DNA of 64,000 nt from Salinispira sp. (GCA_965602015.1 OZ271918.1:2464001-2528000); one strand, 5' to 3'; counted from the stretch's first letter, positions 1 to 10,536 are shown. The notes: a model not told the origin generated them from the letters alone. A program made the numbers and translations.

Positions 1-171
1 TATTCGCAGCAGTTCGATCTTCTCGCCGCTTTCCATCATGCCGGGAAAGCAGAAATCCTGGCTGTTGCGCGAGAGGGTAAAACGGGTAAGAAGAACTACA
101 TCGATATCCGGTCCGGAGTTGACCATCCATGTCGGGAGAAAGTCTCCGGCGTTTGTGAACCGATTATTCAT
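1..171 (-). CDS. mcsB: ATP:guanido phosphotransferase / protein-arginine kinase McsB-like, 5' part only (runs off the window)
   Basis: Manual translation from ATG at 171: MNNRFTNAGDFLPTWMVNSGPDIDVVLLTRFTLSRN...FP resembles the McsB N-terminus (W..GP..DVV.S.R.RL.RN...FP). Overlaps the mcsA stop. Confidence 0.7.
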   Translation of the reverse strand, partial: MNNRFTNAGDFLPTWMVNSGPDIDVVLLTRFTLSRNSQDFCFPGMMESGEKIELLRI

Positions 172-727
172 CGAATTCCCCGGTTGACGGCATTTCTCCG
201 GATTCATCGAGGGCGGCAATCATGGACCTGAGGCGGGCTGCTTCTTCATAGTCCTCCCGCTGCACTGCCGACTCGAGGCGCTGCTGCAGTTCGGGTTTTT
301 CGATCAGGAGACTGCGGACCTGCTGCAGGCTTTTTGGCAGCTTGCCCCGGTGAGCGATTCGGGAACCGGTCCGTCGGAGCAGGGCGTCGATGTCCGCTTT
401 GAACACATCATAGCAGCTGCTGCAGCCCGCCCGTCCGCTTCGGCGCAAATCGGCAAAACTGGTCCCGCACCGGGAGCACAGCTGGTTATCCCGGGGACCG
501 ACTCCCGCGGGATCCAGCACAGCGGCAAACAAATCCCCGACCCGGGGAGCTATTCGGGTGTCGACCCGCTCGATGCCCAGGATGTTCATACAATCGGGGC
601 AGAGACTCATGCGCTGTTCTTTTTTCCCGAGATACTGGGTAATCTCCACCAGGGAATCTTCCTTGCCGCACATATCGCAGCTTCCCCTGAGTTCCGAGCT
701 TTCATTTCGGGTTTCCGAATTTTCCAG
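164..727 (-). CDS. mcsA: McsA (UvrB/UvrC-motif zinc-binding activator of McsB); ORF track starts at ATG 673, probable true start CTG at 727
   Basis: CxxC pairs (CDMC, CPDC, CSRC, CSSC) and C-terminal UVR motif (LESAVQREDYEEAARLR). AAGGAGG lies 5 nt upstream of the in-frame CTG. Confidence 0.85.
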   Translation of the reverse strand: MENSETRNESSELRGSCDMCGKEDSLVEITQYLGKKEQRMSLCPDCMNILGIERVDTRIAPRVGDLFAAVLDPAGVGPRDNQLCSRCGTSFADLRRSGRAGCSSCYDVFKADIDALLRRTGSRIAHRGKLPKSLQQVRSLLIEKPELQQRLESAVQREDYEEAARLRSMIAALDESGEMPSTGEFDE

Positions 728-765
728 GGATTCCTCCTTGCTTCTCTCCGGAGTGAACTCCGGCC

Positions 766-2151
766 TTAATGGCGGTGCAAAAGCTCCAGGGGTTTAGTGC
801 GCACGGCCCTCCTGGCGGGAAGCACCGACATCGTCAGGCTTAAAAAAAGCGACACCACCGCCATGACGGCAATATCGAAAAAGCGGATACTTACGGGAAT
901 TCTGCTCAGGTAAAAATCAGGGTTGAACAGTTCCAGAGGGACGTAGCCTTCACCGGGATTAAACAGCACGGTGCTGATGTAGCCCAGGCCGTTGATGCTG
1001 CGCTCCATGATTGAGATAATCACATTTACATTATACGCCGCCAAAACACCCAGGGACAAACCCGTCAGGGTGCCCATGGCTCCGATCAGTCCTCCGCCGA
1101 GGATAAAGACCTCCAGAATATGCTTGTTTTCCCAGCCCATGGCCTTGAGCATGGCCACTTCTTCCTGTTTTTCCAGGACAAGCATAATCATCGTCGAACT
1201 GATATTTACCGCAGCCACCAGAACGATGAGTACCATGATAAACAGTAACAGATTCCGGGTGGTAATAAAGCTCATGTACTGACTGCGTTCAAGCTCGAAC
1301 CAGCTGTACAGGCGCCAGTTGCTGTCGATAATGCCGCGTATGTCCTCGAGAATTGAGGGCTCAGCGTCCCGATCGGCCTCAGAGCGGGTATCGATTTGCA
1401 CAAAACCCAGGCTTGCCGCCGAAGGTTCAACAGAAAACGGGTCGTCAATCTTTATACCGATGAGTTCCCGGGCTTCCCCGGGGGCGATGATCCTCAAGGC
1501 ATCCTCGGCGGACACAAAGACCCAGAGGGCGTCCAGTTCGCGGTAGCCGCTGGAGACTACGGCTCGTACGGTGAAACGGCTAACCCGGGGCAGCGAACGC
1601 TCGGAGGTTCCGCTTCGGGCGGTGATCATCCGGACCCGATCGCCTACGGAAATCCCCAGGGTAGACGCCAGGTTTTCGCCGATGAGAATGGACCGTTCGG
1701 TCGCCAGATCGAACTCGCCCTCAATGACGTGCATGTAGCGTCTGAACCCCGGGTCGGCGCCGTACATGGCCGGATCGATTCCCCGCACCTGTACGCCGTT
1801 ATGACCCCGACCTCCGGCCAGAAGCGCGAGACCCTGTACCTCCGGGAATGCTGAGCGGACTCCGGGAACCCGATTAATCTCGCCGATGAGTTCGCCCATT
1901 TCCGAAAGGGTGCTTCGGCCGCGGGCTGCCAGTTGGAGGTGGTAGGTGCCGGTTTCGAGAAAGCGCGCGGTAATGCCGCTGATCATGCCGTTGGCCACCA
2001 CAAAGACCACCACCAGGGGAATGAGGCTCAGGGCTATGCCGGTAACTCCTCCCCGGACCCGTCGGAACCTTCGGTTTCGGCTTCCGGAATCGCCGATCCT
2101 TCCGAAGAGAAACCGCAGGGTCACCTTCCACACAAGGGACAGTTGATTCAC
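766..2151 (-). CDS. lolE: Lipoprotein-releasing ABC transporter permease (LolC/E family)
   Basis: MacB/FtsX-type topology, conserved C-terminal motif (EKQEEVAMLKAMG...PARRA...PLELL). Adjacent to lolD. Confidence 0.85.
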   Translation of the reverse strand: MNQLSLVWKVTLRFLFGRIGDSGSRNRRFRRVRGGVTGIALSLIPLVVVFVVANGMISGITARFLETGTYHLQLAARGRSTLSEMGELIGEINRVPGVRSAFPEVQGLALLAGGRGHNGVQVRGIDPAMYGADPGFRRYMHVIEGEFDLATERSILIGENLASTLGISVGDRVRMITARSGTSERSLPRVSRFTVRAVVSSGYRELDALWVFVSAEDALRIIAPGEARELIGIKIDDPFSVEPSAASLGFVQIDTRSEADRDAEPSILEDIRGIIDSNWRLYSWFELERSQYMSFITTRNLLLFIMVLIVLVAAVNISSTMIMLVLEKQEEVAMLKAMGWENKHILEVFILGGGLIGAMGTLTGLSLGVLAAYNVNVIISIMERSINGLGYISTVLFNPGEGYVPLELFNPDFYLSRIPVSIRFFDIAVMAVVSLFLSLTMSVLPARRAVRTKPLELLHRH

Positions 2152-2831
2152 TGGAGTCTCCCGGCGCTCAGAACCAGATGCCGATCGCCCATGGATGCGA
2201 GCCGGCTGTCATGGGTGACGATGATCATGGTTCTGCCCTGTTCTCGGACCAGCTCGAACAGCAATGCTTCTATTTCCCGGCTTCTCTGTTCGTCCAGGGA
2301 GCCCGTCGGTTCGTCGGCGAGGATGAGATCGGGGTCATTAATGAGAGCCCGGGCAATGGCGACCCGCTGCCGCTCACCTCCCGACAACTGATAGGGATAG
2401 TGATTCATCCGGTCATCCAGCCCAAGCCTGTTGAGCAGCGCCGCAGCCTTGTCGCGGGCAACCTGGGGATCCTCGCCGGCGATCATCGCCGGAAGGGCGC
2501 TGTTTTCCACTGCGGAGAAATCCCGCAACAGGTGGTGAAATTGAAAAATAAAGCCGAGGTTGCGCTGACGGTACTCGAAAAGCTGGGACTCCCGTATTGA
2601 GGATACTTCGGTGTTCGCCACCCGGAGAAAACCCGAATCGGCGCTGTCCAGGCCGCCCAGAATATTGAGAAGGGTGGTTTTGCCCGAACCGCTCTCTCCG
2701 GTAATAATCAGAATTTCCCCGGCTGCCATGTTCAGCTCGAGACCGTCGAGAATTTTTATTTCCGACCCGCCGTTGCCGTAGGCCTTGGTCAGGCCGTCAA
2801 TCTCTACAAAAGCCCGATGTTCATTCGTCAT
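2148..2831 (-). CDS. lolD: Lipoprotein-releasing ABC transporter ATP-binding protein
   Basis: GESGSGKT Walker A, LolD motif GFIFQFHHLL, LSGGERQRVAIARAL, ILADEPTGSLD. Confidence 0.92.
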   Translation of the reverse strand: MTNEHRAFVEIDGLTKAYGNGGSEIKILDGLELNMAAGEILIITGESGSGKTTLLNILGGLDSADSGFLRVANTEVSSIRESQLFEYRQRNLGFIFQFHHLLRDFSAVENSALPAMIAGEDPQVARDKAAALLNRLGLDDRMNHYPYQLSGGERQRVAIARALINDPDLILADEPTGSLDEQRSREIEALLFELVREQGRTMIIVTHDSRLASMGDRHLVLSAGRLQ

Positions 2832-4086
2832 TGAGTACCTCCCGGGGTTTCAGGCCGGCAATGCGGCCCGACGCGGCGTATGCCGAGATTGTTGCTGATG
2901 CGAAGGATAAGAGGGCAATGAGTATCACTTCAGATGCGATGAGACGGCTGGGGACTTCCTGGAGATAGAAATAGCTCGGAGAAAAGATGCTGAAATTTCC
3001 CCTCCCGGCCGTAAAGTTCACCACCCACTCAATGGCCTCGAAAATCCCGTTTATGTTACCTGCGATAAGAACACCGAGCACTGCGCCGATTACCGAGCCG
3101 ATAGCCCCGATGAGCAGCCCTTCGAGAACAAAAATCCGTCGAACATCCCGGTCCGAGCCTCCCATCACCTTGATAACGGCGATATCCTCCAAATGTTCGT
3201 GAACTGAACGGCGCAGACCCTGGAAAATATTGACCCCCACTACCAGGAAAATCAGGCCGACCAAAAAGGACATCATGGCCTTTTCCACCCGCAGGGCGCC
3301 GAAAATGCTTCGGTTATACTCCCGCCAGCTTTGTATGGTTTCCGGTTCGATATCCGGTAAAGCCGAGCTGATTTCCCGTATGGCGGCGATGTCCCGGTTG
3401 CGGTCGGAAATCTTCACTGCGACTTCCCGTCTGAACGCAGCATCAAGGTCCCGGGCTGCGGTATCCAGGGTGATAAATCCCCATCCGCGATCGAATTCGT
3501 AGTACCCGCTCTCGAACAGGGCCACCACCTCGAACTCGATGCTCACCGGCTGCCGCACGTCGAGCTGTTCTCCGCCGAGACTCAATACCGACAAGTAGTC
3601 TCCGGTCTGAACCCCGAGGAAACGGGCGAGCTCCCGACCCAGAATTACCTGCCTGTCCTGCAGCTCGATGCCCGAGGGCAGGCCGAGGCGGGACATGTAT
3701 TCGATGTTCTCCCGGTACAGCCGGGAATCAAACGCCTTTATAAGCATGGCCTGGCTTCCGCTGAAATAGCCCTCGACGAGCGCCTGGGTCTCAATGACGT
3801 CTTCGGCCATTTCGACCGAGCGCAAGGAACGCAGGCGTTCAGCCAGGTTATCCGGTATGCCCGTTTCGCCGTCGTTGGTGATTCTCAGATGGAAACTATT
3901 AATCTCGATGAGGTCTTCAATGGTATTCAACTGAAACCCGTTCATGACGGATATGACCGTCACCAGGGTGAGCACCCCCATGGCGAGACCAAAAATCGAC
4001 AAAAGGGCGGTTATTGAGCTGCGGGAGCGTCGACGGGATTTCATCAAACGCCGGGCTACAAAGAAAATCCATGTTCGGCGCTTCAT
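2821..4086 (-). CDS. lolC: Lipoprotein-releasing ABC transporter permease (LolC/E family)
   Basis: LSIFGLAMGV...VISVMNGF N-terminal motif, WREYNRSIFGALRVEK, GLLIGAIGS. Confidence 0.85.
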   Translation of the reverse strand: MKRRTWIFFVARRLMKSRRRSRSSITALLSIFGLAMGVLTLVTVISVMNGFQLNTIEDLIEINSFHLRITNDGETGIPDNLAERLRSLRSVEMAEDVIETQALVEGYFSGSQAMLIKAFDSRLYRENIEYMSRLGLPSGIELQDRQVILGRELARFLGVQTGDYLSVLSLGGEQLDVRQPVSIEFEVVALFESGYYEFDRGWGFITLDTAARDLDAAFRREVAVKISDRNRDIAAIREISSALPDIEPETIQSWREYNRSIFGALRVEKAMMSFLVGLIFLVVGVNIFQGLRRSVHEHLEDIAVIKVMGGSDRDVRRIFVLEGLLIGAIGSVIGAVLGVLIAGNINGIFEAIEWVVNFTAGRGNFSIFSPSYFYLQEVPSRLIASEVILIALLSFASATISAYAASGRIAGLKPREVLNDE

Positions 4087-5336
4087 TCAGCATCCCCCTG
4101 GTAGGTTCTGCGCCGTATCACCTCGCCGTTCAAGAGCTCCTCCTCCGCCTGCCTCGTTCCGTCAATATAAATAATCCGCAAAACGGCCTCGCCCCGCAGG
4201 TACCGGGTTTCCACCCGGCGGTTACCCTCGATATTTTGGGTGCTCAGCAGGATTCCGTTTTGCCGGGTGCTCAGCGCCGAGAGTTCGTCATCCCGGTAGT
4301 CGTACAGTGTTTCAAAGAGACCCAGGGCACTGGTGAAGCGCTCGCTGACGATTTGCCCGTCGTCCCGGTATTCGAACTCCCGCTCCTGGCGCGAGCCGTC
4401 GGCCCCGATCAGGACAGAAGAAAGTATCCGGTTATCCGGATCATACAGCCGGGTTTCCCTCGAACCGCTGATAAAGCTCTCGGCTTCTTCGCGGGAGCCG
4501 TCGTCCCGGTATGACACGCTGACGCTGCCGGACACTGCGCTCCGGGTAACCAGCCTGCCCCGGTTGTCGAACCGGCGGTACTCGGGAATGCTCTGCCCTC
4601 CGTCGGACCACAGCTCTATGACTCCCCGTTCGCCTTCATCCAACAACGAAAATCTTCGGCTCCCAGCGGTGGTGTCCACCACGCGCTGATACAGCCGCCG
4701 CTCTTCTCCGTAGAAATACCGGGTACTGCTCAGCCACTCTCCCCGGTTATTCCATTCAATTCGGGCGAGAATTACCCGGCTTGTTACCCGGTCATCCGAC
4801 CCGGATATGCTGCCCCAGCGGAGGAAGGGAAACCCCGGACCCCGCAGCGAAGTTCCATCGCTTGAAGCAGGCGGCAGCTCTCCGTAAAGCTCAATGCCGC
4901 CGCCCTGAACGGCCGGGATTCGGGACTCCCCGTTCCGCCGCCAAAAAACCACAAACCTCACAAGGGGGTTACGGTGAACAGGCAGATCCTCCAGCCCCAA
5001 AATCTCAGCCGGAGCGCCGACGGTCCAGATTTCCCCAATGCCCGGTTCGCTTTCGGCGTCGTCTCCTGACAGGCCGGTCCATAGCCCCGGCGATGGACCG
5101 GGGCCGGGAAATACCTCCGGCAGATCGGACGCGCCGGATTCCAGTGCCGAGGAAAAAATAAAGAGATCCTCCGCGCGCCGCAGGCCGTATTCCGGGCGTA
5201 TGCCGAGATTTCTCAATCGTGTAAGAATCTCCGGGAGATCCGGAGCCTCAACGCCGATTTGGGCCGAAAGACGAGATGGATAAAGAAACAGCAGGAACAG
5301 GGCTCCGAAGAACCAGAGCCGGCGGGTATTCGCCAC
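4083..5336 (-). CDS. Secreted hypothetical protein with beta-rich YD/MORN-like C-terminal repeats
   Basis: GTG start, signal peptide, repeated Y/F-x-x-x-G/N-R units in the C-terminal half. Translationally coupled in the operon. Confidence 0.6.
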   Translation of the reverse strand: MANTRRLWFFGALFLLFLYPSRLSAQIGVEAPDLPEILTRLRNLGIRPEYGLRRAEDLFIFSSALESGASDLPEVFPGPGPSPGLWTGLSGDDAESEPGIGEIWTVGAPAEILGLEDLPVHRNPLVRFVVFWRRNGESRIPAVQGGGIELYGELPPASSDGTSLRGPGFPFLRWGSISGSDDRVTSRVILARIEWNNRGEWLSSTRYFYGEERRLYQRVVDTTAGSRRFSLLDEGERGVIELWSDGGQSIPEYRRFDNRGRLVTRSAVSGSVSVSYRDDGSREEAESFISGSRETRLYDPDNRILSSVLIGADGSRQEREFEYRDDGQIVSERFTSALGLFETLYDYRDDELSALSTRQNGILLSTQNIEGNRRVETRYLRGEAVLRIIYIDGTRQAEEELLNGEVIRRRTYQGDAE

Positions 5337-5342
5337 GAAGAC

Positions 5343-6236
5343 CTATCCCTCTCCACCGTCGATGGAAGCCATTATATTGCGCACCAAAAGATCCGGATCG
5401 AATTTGCCGATATCCCCATAAGACTCTCCGGTTCCCATGTAGGCGAAGGGAATGCCCAATTGCCGGGAGATGCTTAAGGCCAGCCCGCCCCGGGCCCGGG
5501 AATCGTATTTGCTGAGGATTATACCGTCCACCCCGAGGGCTTCATGAAAAACCTCGGCCTGCTGAATGCCGTTTTGCCCGGTTGTGGCATCTATCACCAG
5601 GAGTTTTCTGTAGGCCGCATCGGCTATCCGGGACCGGATCACCTTGTCTATTTTTTGAAGTTCTTTTACCAATTGTGATTTGTTATGCATTCGCCCCGCG
5701 GTGTCGGCCATAACGATGTTCTCCTTACCGCTGAAGGCGCTTTCCACGGCGTCATAAATGACCGCAGAGGGGTCAGCGCCCTGCCCCTGCTGCACAATCC
5801 GAAGCCCGAGACGGGAAGCGTGAATGCCCAGCTGCTCCACCGCCGCTGCCCTGAATGTATCGCCGGCGGCAAACGCTATGCTCTCACCGGCATCCTTCCA
5901 TCGGCGGGCGAGTTTGGCCATGGACGTGGTCTTCCCCACGCCGTTTACCCCGAGAAAGAGATATACCGCCCGCTCCCCGGGCTGGGGATCCAAGTCAGCG
6001 CTTACAATCACATCGCGAAGCCTTTGGGTCATAAAGGCTTCAAGATCTTCGCTGTTTTTGATTCTGCTGGATGTTGCGGCTTCCCGGATTTCTTCGGAAA
6101 TTTCCATGGCGATCCGCGCGCCGATATCCGACTCAATCATCCGGTCTTCAAGCTTTTCGTAAAACTCTTCGTGATCCAGCCCGATTGCAAAAAGCTGCCG
6201 GATTTTCCGGCCGATCTTCATCTTTTTTTTAAACAT
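5343..6236 (-). CDS. ftsY: Signal recognition particle receptor FtsY (NG domain only)
   Basis: GVNGVGKTTS, DTFRAAA, DTAGR, DATTGQNG, GTGE motifs. Confidence 0.95.
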   Translation of the reverse strand: MFKKKMKIGRKIRQLFAIGLDHEEFYEKLEDRMIESDIGARIAMEISEEIREAATSSRIKNSEDLEAFMTQRLRDVIVSADLDPQPGERAVYLFLGVNGVGKTTSMAKLARRWKDAGESIAFAAGDTFRAAAVEQLGIHASRLGLRIVQQGQGADPSAVIYDAVESAFSGKENIVMADTAGRMHNKSQLVKELQKIDKVIRSRIADAAYRKLLVIDATTGQNGIQQAEVFHEALGVDGIILSKYDSRARGGLALSISRQLGIPFAYMGTGESYGDIGKFDPDLLVRNIMASIDGGEG

Positions 6237-6255
6237 ACAACCTCGATACGCGTCG

Positions 6256-7674
6256 TCAGGGGGCGTTAATTACTCCCCGGGCCCGCTCTGCAGTCTCGAG
6301 ATACCTGAAGAGCTGCTCAACGGTGTCCGCCAGACCGAGCAGGGTTACCAAAAGACCGGTAACGGTGACGCTTTGGGTGATTTTTACCGTCCGATCCAAA
6401 CGGGTGAACTCCTCGGCGTTTATGGCGCTGAAATCCGAGGCAAGGTAATTCCTGCTGATACCGTTGCTCACCAGGGGAACGATGGCACTGACCAGGGTAA
6501 AACCGAGACTGCGGTAGAAATCCCGACGGTCCCTCTCCATCTGTCCGCGCCAGTCTACCACATCAGGAGGGATTTGGTACCGGGTAAAATCGGGGGTTTG
6601 GGAATCAATGAGGATATACCATTGTCCCACGCCAAAACCCTGAAGCTGAAGATATTCCGGGTTTTCCGGACGACGCACCCGCAGGGGGGTGAATCCGAGA
6701 AAACTGCTGTCGGCAAAAACCGATAATCCCTGGGGAACCGTGGAGATCATAAGCCAATCGGGGGTCTCATCCGGGGGAACAAAGGAAACCGGCGTCACCT
6801 GCCCGTCGGAAACGCCGATTTGCCGGTTAAATACCCGGTCGACTCCCCGGTATATTTCAAGCAGATGCTCGCCCTCAGGCACGATATGAATAAAATCCGG
6901 CCGGTTTCCCCGGTACTGCCCATCCAGATAGACCCGGGAGGGCAAATCGTCGGTCCATTCAACGGAAATGCTGCCCGCCGGGCCATTATACAGCGCCTTT
7001 CCCAGATCGGTCTCGATATACTCACCGATGCTGCTCAGCGCTTCAATGCTGCGGATTCCGATTCGCTGAGAATGAATGACGGCGCCGCGGCCGAAAACCG
7101 CCTCAGCCGGACTGATAAGAAGCAATTCAAAAATAACGTACTGTTCCCGGACAAAGACGCTCCCGCTGATAAAAAGGTCCGCTGATGTCTGTTCCGCAAG
7201 GGCGAGAAGCAGACCGGCATCAATGGCATCCCCCTTTTCCAGATAGGCCCTGACTGATCGATGAAAGAGGGCCTTTAAATGACTGCCGGGGAATGAAACC
7301 GGTTCAATCACCAGGTTTCGAAATTCCGGCGGATCGAGGGTGCCTTCGGGATCGAAGGAAAGGGCCTCCGTGTACGCTTGCTGATCCGCCGCACTGAGTA
7401 GACGCCCGGGCCCCCGTGAAAGCCGCTCGCGAATAACCAGGGGCAGGCTCTCAACCAGGGGTGCGGTCCGCAGGGGTTCGCCGTCTTCCGCGGCAAAGGG
7501 CAGAATAGCAACCCGCAGGGGCCGCTGATACTCCTCCAGCTGGGCTTCGTTGGCCTGAAATTCAACAGCGGGAGTCTGACCGCGGAGATCCTCCGTGACC
7601 ACAAGGGCCAGGAGAAGTACAATGAGCGCCGCAGCCCACCTGCGCGTTGTTGCGATAACACCGGGACTGATCAT
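6256..7674 (-). CDS. PEGA-domain-containing exported protein
   Basis: Signal peptide, PEGA-like repeats (VYLDGQYRG..P; STVPQG.SVFADS.FLGFTPL), C-terminal hydrophobic segments. Confidence 0.65.
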   Translation of the reverse strand: MISPGVIATTRRWAAALIVLLLALVVTEDLRGQTPAVEFQANEAQLEEYQRPLRVAILPFAAEDGEPLRTAPLVESLPLVIRERLSRGPGRLLSAADQQAYTEALSFDPEGTLDPPEFRNLVIEPVSFPGSHLKALFHRSVRAYLEKGDAIDAGLLLALAEQTSADLFISGSVFVREQYVIFELLLISPAEAVFGRGAVIHSQRIGIRSIEALSSIGEYIETDLGKALYNGPAGSISVEWTDDLPSRVYLDGQYRGNRPDFIHIVPEGEHLLEIYRGVDRVFNRQIGVSDGQVTPVSFVPPDETPDWLMISTVPQGLSVFADSSFLGFTPLRVRRPENPEYLQLQGFGVGQWYILIDSQTPDFTRYQIPPDVVDWRGQMERDRRDFYRSLGFTLVSAIVPLVSNGISRNYLASDFSAINAEEFTRLDRTVKITQSVTVTGLLVTLLGLADTVEQLFRYLETAERARGVINAP

Positions 7675-8033
7675 GAGACCATATCTGCCCTTCTGAGGGC
7701 GTCTTCAACCCGCTCGGGGATGAACGGTTTGACGATGTAATCCCGAGCGCCGATGTTTAGCGCCCGGATGATGATGTCCTCTTCGTCGATGGTGCTGCAC
7801 ATTATTACCCGGGCGTTTTTATCTCTCTGCAGAATTTCCCGCAAGGCGGAAATGCCGTCCATTACGGGCATATTGATGTCCATGATTACCAGAGAGCCGG
7901 GATTTTCGAGGTACCGTCGGATGGCCTGCCTTCCGTCTGAAGCCTCGGCGGTCACGGGATATCCGGCGGACTCCACCGCGCTTTTTAGCAGGAACCTCAT
8001 AAAGGGAAGGTCATCAACGATAATCACATTCAT
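7671..8033 (-). CDS. CheY-like single-domain response regulator
   Basis: IVDD, MDINMPVMDG, DYIVKPF receiver motifs; 120 aa. Confidence 0.9.
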   Translation of the reverse strand: MNVIIVDDLPFMRFLLKSAVESAGYPVTAEASDGRQAIRRYLENPGSLVIMDINMPVMDGISALREILQRDKNARVIMCSTIDEEDIIIRALNIGARDYIVKPFIPERVEDALRRADMVS

Positions 8034-8054
8034 GGACTGTTCTCCGGGCGGGGT

Positions 8055-9156
8055 TTATTCGGCATCCCACCCCAGTTTAAGGTAGGATTCGATAAAATCG
8101 TCCAGATTTCCGTCCATCACCGATTGAATATTGCCGGTTTCGGTCTTGGTTCGGGCATCTTTTACCATGGTGTAGGGCTGAAATACATATGACCGAATTT
8201 GGCTGCCCCATGAAATATCCTTTTTCTCGGCGGCATTTTCCTGTTTTTCCGCCTCCTGTTTTTCAAGGTAATAATCGTAAAGCCGGCTTTTTAGCATTTT
8301 CATCGCCCGATCCTTGTTTTTATGCTGTGACCGTTCGTTCTGACATTGCACAACGATACCGGTTTCCAGATGGGTGATGCGAACCGCCGAATCGGTTTTA
8401 TTGACGTGCTGGCCTCCGGCGCCTCCGGCCCGGTACGTGTCTACCCGAATATCTTCCGGGGAGATATCCACCTGAATGTCATCGTCGATGACAGGCGACG
8501 CATAAACCGAGGCAAAGGACGTATGGCGACGTCCGGAGGAATCGAAGGGAGATATTCTTACAAGACGGTGTACCCCGGTTTCGCCTTTGAGGTACCCGTA
8601 GGCATAGGGACCGTCCAGCTGAAGGGTGACGGATTTAATCCCGCCCTCTGCATCCTGGAGATCAAGGGTGGAGATTTTATACCCCTTGGTTTCAGACCAT
8701 CGGGTGTACATCCGAAGAAGCATGCTGACCCAATCGCAGGCTTCCGTCCCGCCGGCTCCCGAGTGGATCGTCAGATAACAGCTGGCAGCGTCGTTTTCTC
8801 CGGACAATAGCTCGAGCACCCTGAGCTTTTCATATCGGCCCCGGTGTTTTTCCAGCAGGGATGAAATTTCTTCTTCCATGCTCTGGTCATCCTCGGCCTT
8901 TGCCAGCTCCAGAAGATCAGAGAGATCTTCAATTTCTGAAGACAGCTCTTCCCAGGGCTCGTAGCGCCCCCGAAGCTGCTTGATTTCGGTCATTATTTTT
9001 TCGGCATTGTCCCGATCATTCCAGAACTCCGGATCAGCCGTCCGGGCCTCCAATTCGGCGACCCGTTGTTTTATGGCATCCGAGTCAAAGATGCCTCCAG
9101 GTATCGAAGATTAATTCCTGCAGCTCCCGCACCGGAGCTTGTAATTCGTCAAGCAT
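8055..9156 (-). CDS. prfB: Peptide chain release factor 2, with programmed +1 frameshift
   Basis: SPF anticodon motif and GGQ motif. Upstream frame ATG(9156) MLDELQAPVRELQELIFDTWRHL ends at CTT-TGA-C (9090..9084); the +1 frame continues DSDAIKQRVAELEART into the tracked ORF. Confidence 0.97.
9084..9098 (-). promoter_or_regulatory. prfB +1 frameshift site (GGAGG-CAT-CTTTGAC)
   Basis: Internal SD 3 nt upstream of the canonical CTT TGA C. Confidence 0.95.
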
Positions 9157-9218
9157 GATGTCCTCGCTTTTTATATCTATAGACAACGGTAAAATTGCCG
9201 ATTATTGTAACAGAAGCC

Positions 9219-10514
9219 ATGAACTCTGCAAACTCCGGCATACAAAAACTTTCCATCAGCGCCCGTTTGATGTTTCTCCTCCTGCTCGCCTCGGCGCTGC
9301 CGTTTTCCCTCTCGGCCCAGAGCGTCCCCGGCGAGGACCTGAGGGTCGCCGAAGTTTTTACCCCCTTTGTCAGCGGTCTGCAAACCGAGGTATTGGAGAG
9401 CAGCATCCGCCTGACCTGGACGGATATTCCCGATGTGGAAGGGGTAAGCTACAATATTTACCGCTCAAACGTTGAAATTACACGCCGCAGCTTCAGCACA
9501 GCCGAGCTTCGGGCGACAATTCCCGCAGGGGTTGAGACCTATACGGACAGTATTCCCCAAAACGGACCGTATTTCTATGCGGTGCTCACCGTTGATCCCG
9601 ACGGCAGCGAGCTTCCCCTGTTTATCCCCTTTCGAAACACCAATGTTCTCGCCGCAGTCATGGCCGATCTTCCGGAAAACTTCGCGGCGGCGGGTATCAA
9701 TGCCCTCACGGCCCGGGCTGGGGAGCAGGATATTTTTATAAGTTTTTCCGTACAGGGAGATCTGGGAGATATCGCCCTGTTCCGCAGCACGTCGCCTATA
9801 ACAGACAGCAGCTCCCTTGCCGATGCCATCAGGCTTGAAACCCTTCAGCCCGGCGTTGTCACCTATCGCGATTTTGTCATCCCGGGAATTCCCTACTATT
9901 ATGCGGCGCTCAGCCTAGCAGACATCGGCAGGTCCCGCCCTCAGCTCATTACCGGGCAGAACACCCTGGACACTCCGGCCGAACTGCCCCTGGGCCGCCG
10001 CTTCGCCGGGGTCAGCACAGGTCCCCGAGGTCAGAGTCTTCCCCTGCTGATTCTCGATCAGTCGGTGATCAGCGGCGGGCAGCTTCCCCGCAGCGGGGTG
10101 GAAATTCCCGACCGCCGCAGAATGAGTCCCCAAACAGCCGGCCAGGTAGCCCGCTTGCTGGAGCCCATTCAGATTGCCCGAGAAGCCGAGCGCCTCCCTG
10201 ACATTCTGGCGACGGAACGCAACCCCGCCGGCGAGAAAGACCAGTCACTGGTGCTCTACACCATCGTCTCGGAGAGTTTCTCTCTGGAAAATTATGATCT
10301 GGCGGTTCGGCAGCTGGAGAGCTTACTCACGATTCCCCTCAGCGCTGACCTGGAAAACCGGGCGCGCTATTATTATGCCCAGAGCCTGTATTTCTCTGCC
10401 GAGTATGAACGGGCCTTCCTGCAGTTTCTTATTATTCAGAACTGGGATTACCGGAGGGTGACCCCCTGGATGGATGCAATACTGGCCGAGTTGGCCCGAA
10501 TCCGCCGGGCTTGA
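9219..10514 (+). CDS. Exported protein with fibronectin-III-like beta domains and C-terminal TPR-like helices
   Basis: Signal peptide; LTW...YNIYRS...Y.D...YFYAV pattern seen twice; ARYYYAQSLYF TPR-like segment. Start chosen at ATG 9219 (track starts at TTG 9195). Confidence 0.6.
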   Translation: MNSANSGIQKLSISARLMFLLLLASALPFSLSAQSVPGEDLRVAEVFTPFVSGLQTEVLESSIRLTWTDIPDVEGVSYNIYRSNVEITRRSFSTAELRATIPAGVETYTDSIPQNGPYFYAVLTVDPDGSELPLFIPFRNTNVLAAVMADLPENFAAAGINALTARAGEQDIFISFSVQGDLGDIALFRSTSPITDSSSLADAIRLETLQPGVVTYRDFVIPGIPYYYAALSLADIGRSRPQLITGQNTLDTPAELPLGRRFAGVSTGPRGQSLPLLILDQSVISGGQLPRSGVEIPDRRRMSPQTAGQVARLLEPIQIAREAERLPDILATERNPAGEKDQSLVLYTIVSESFSLENYDLAVRQLESLLTIPLSADLENRARYYYAQSLYFSAEYERAFLQFLIIQNWDYRRVTPWMDAILAELARIRRA

Positions 10515-10536
10515 GCCCCGCTGCAAAACGGATAAT

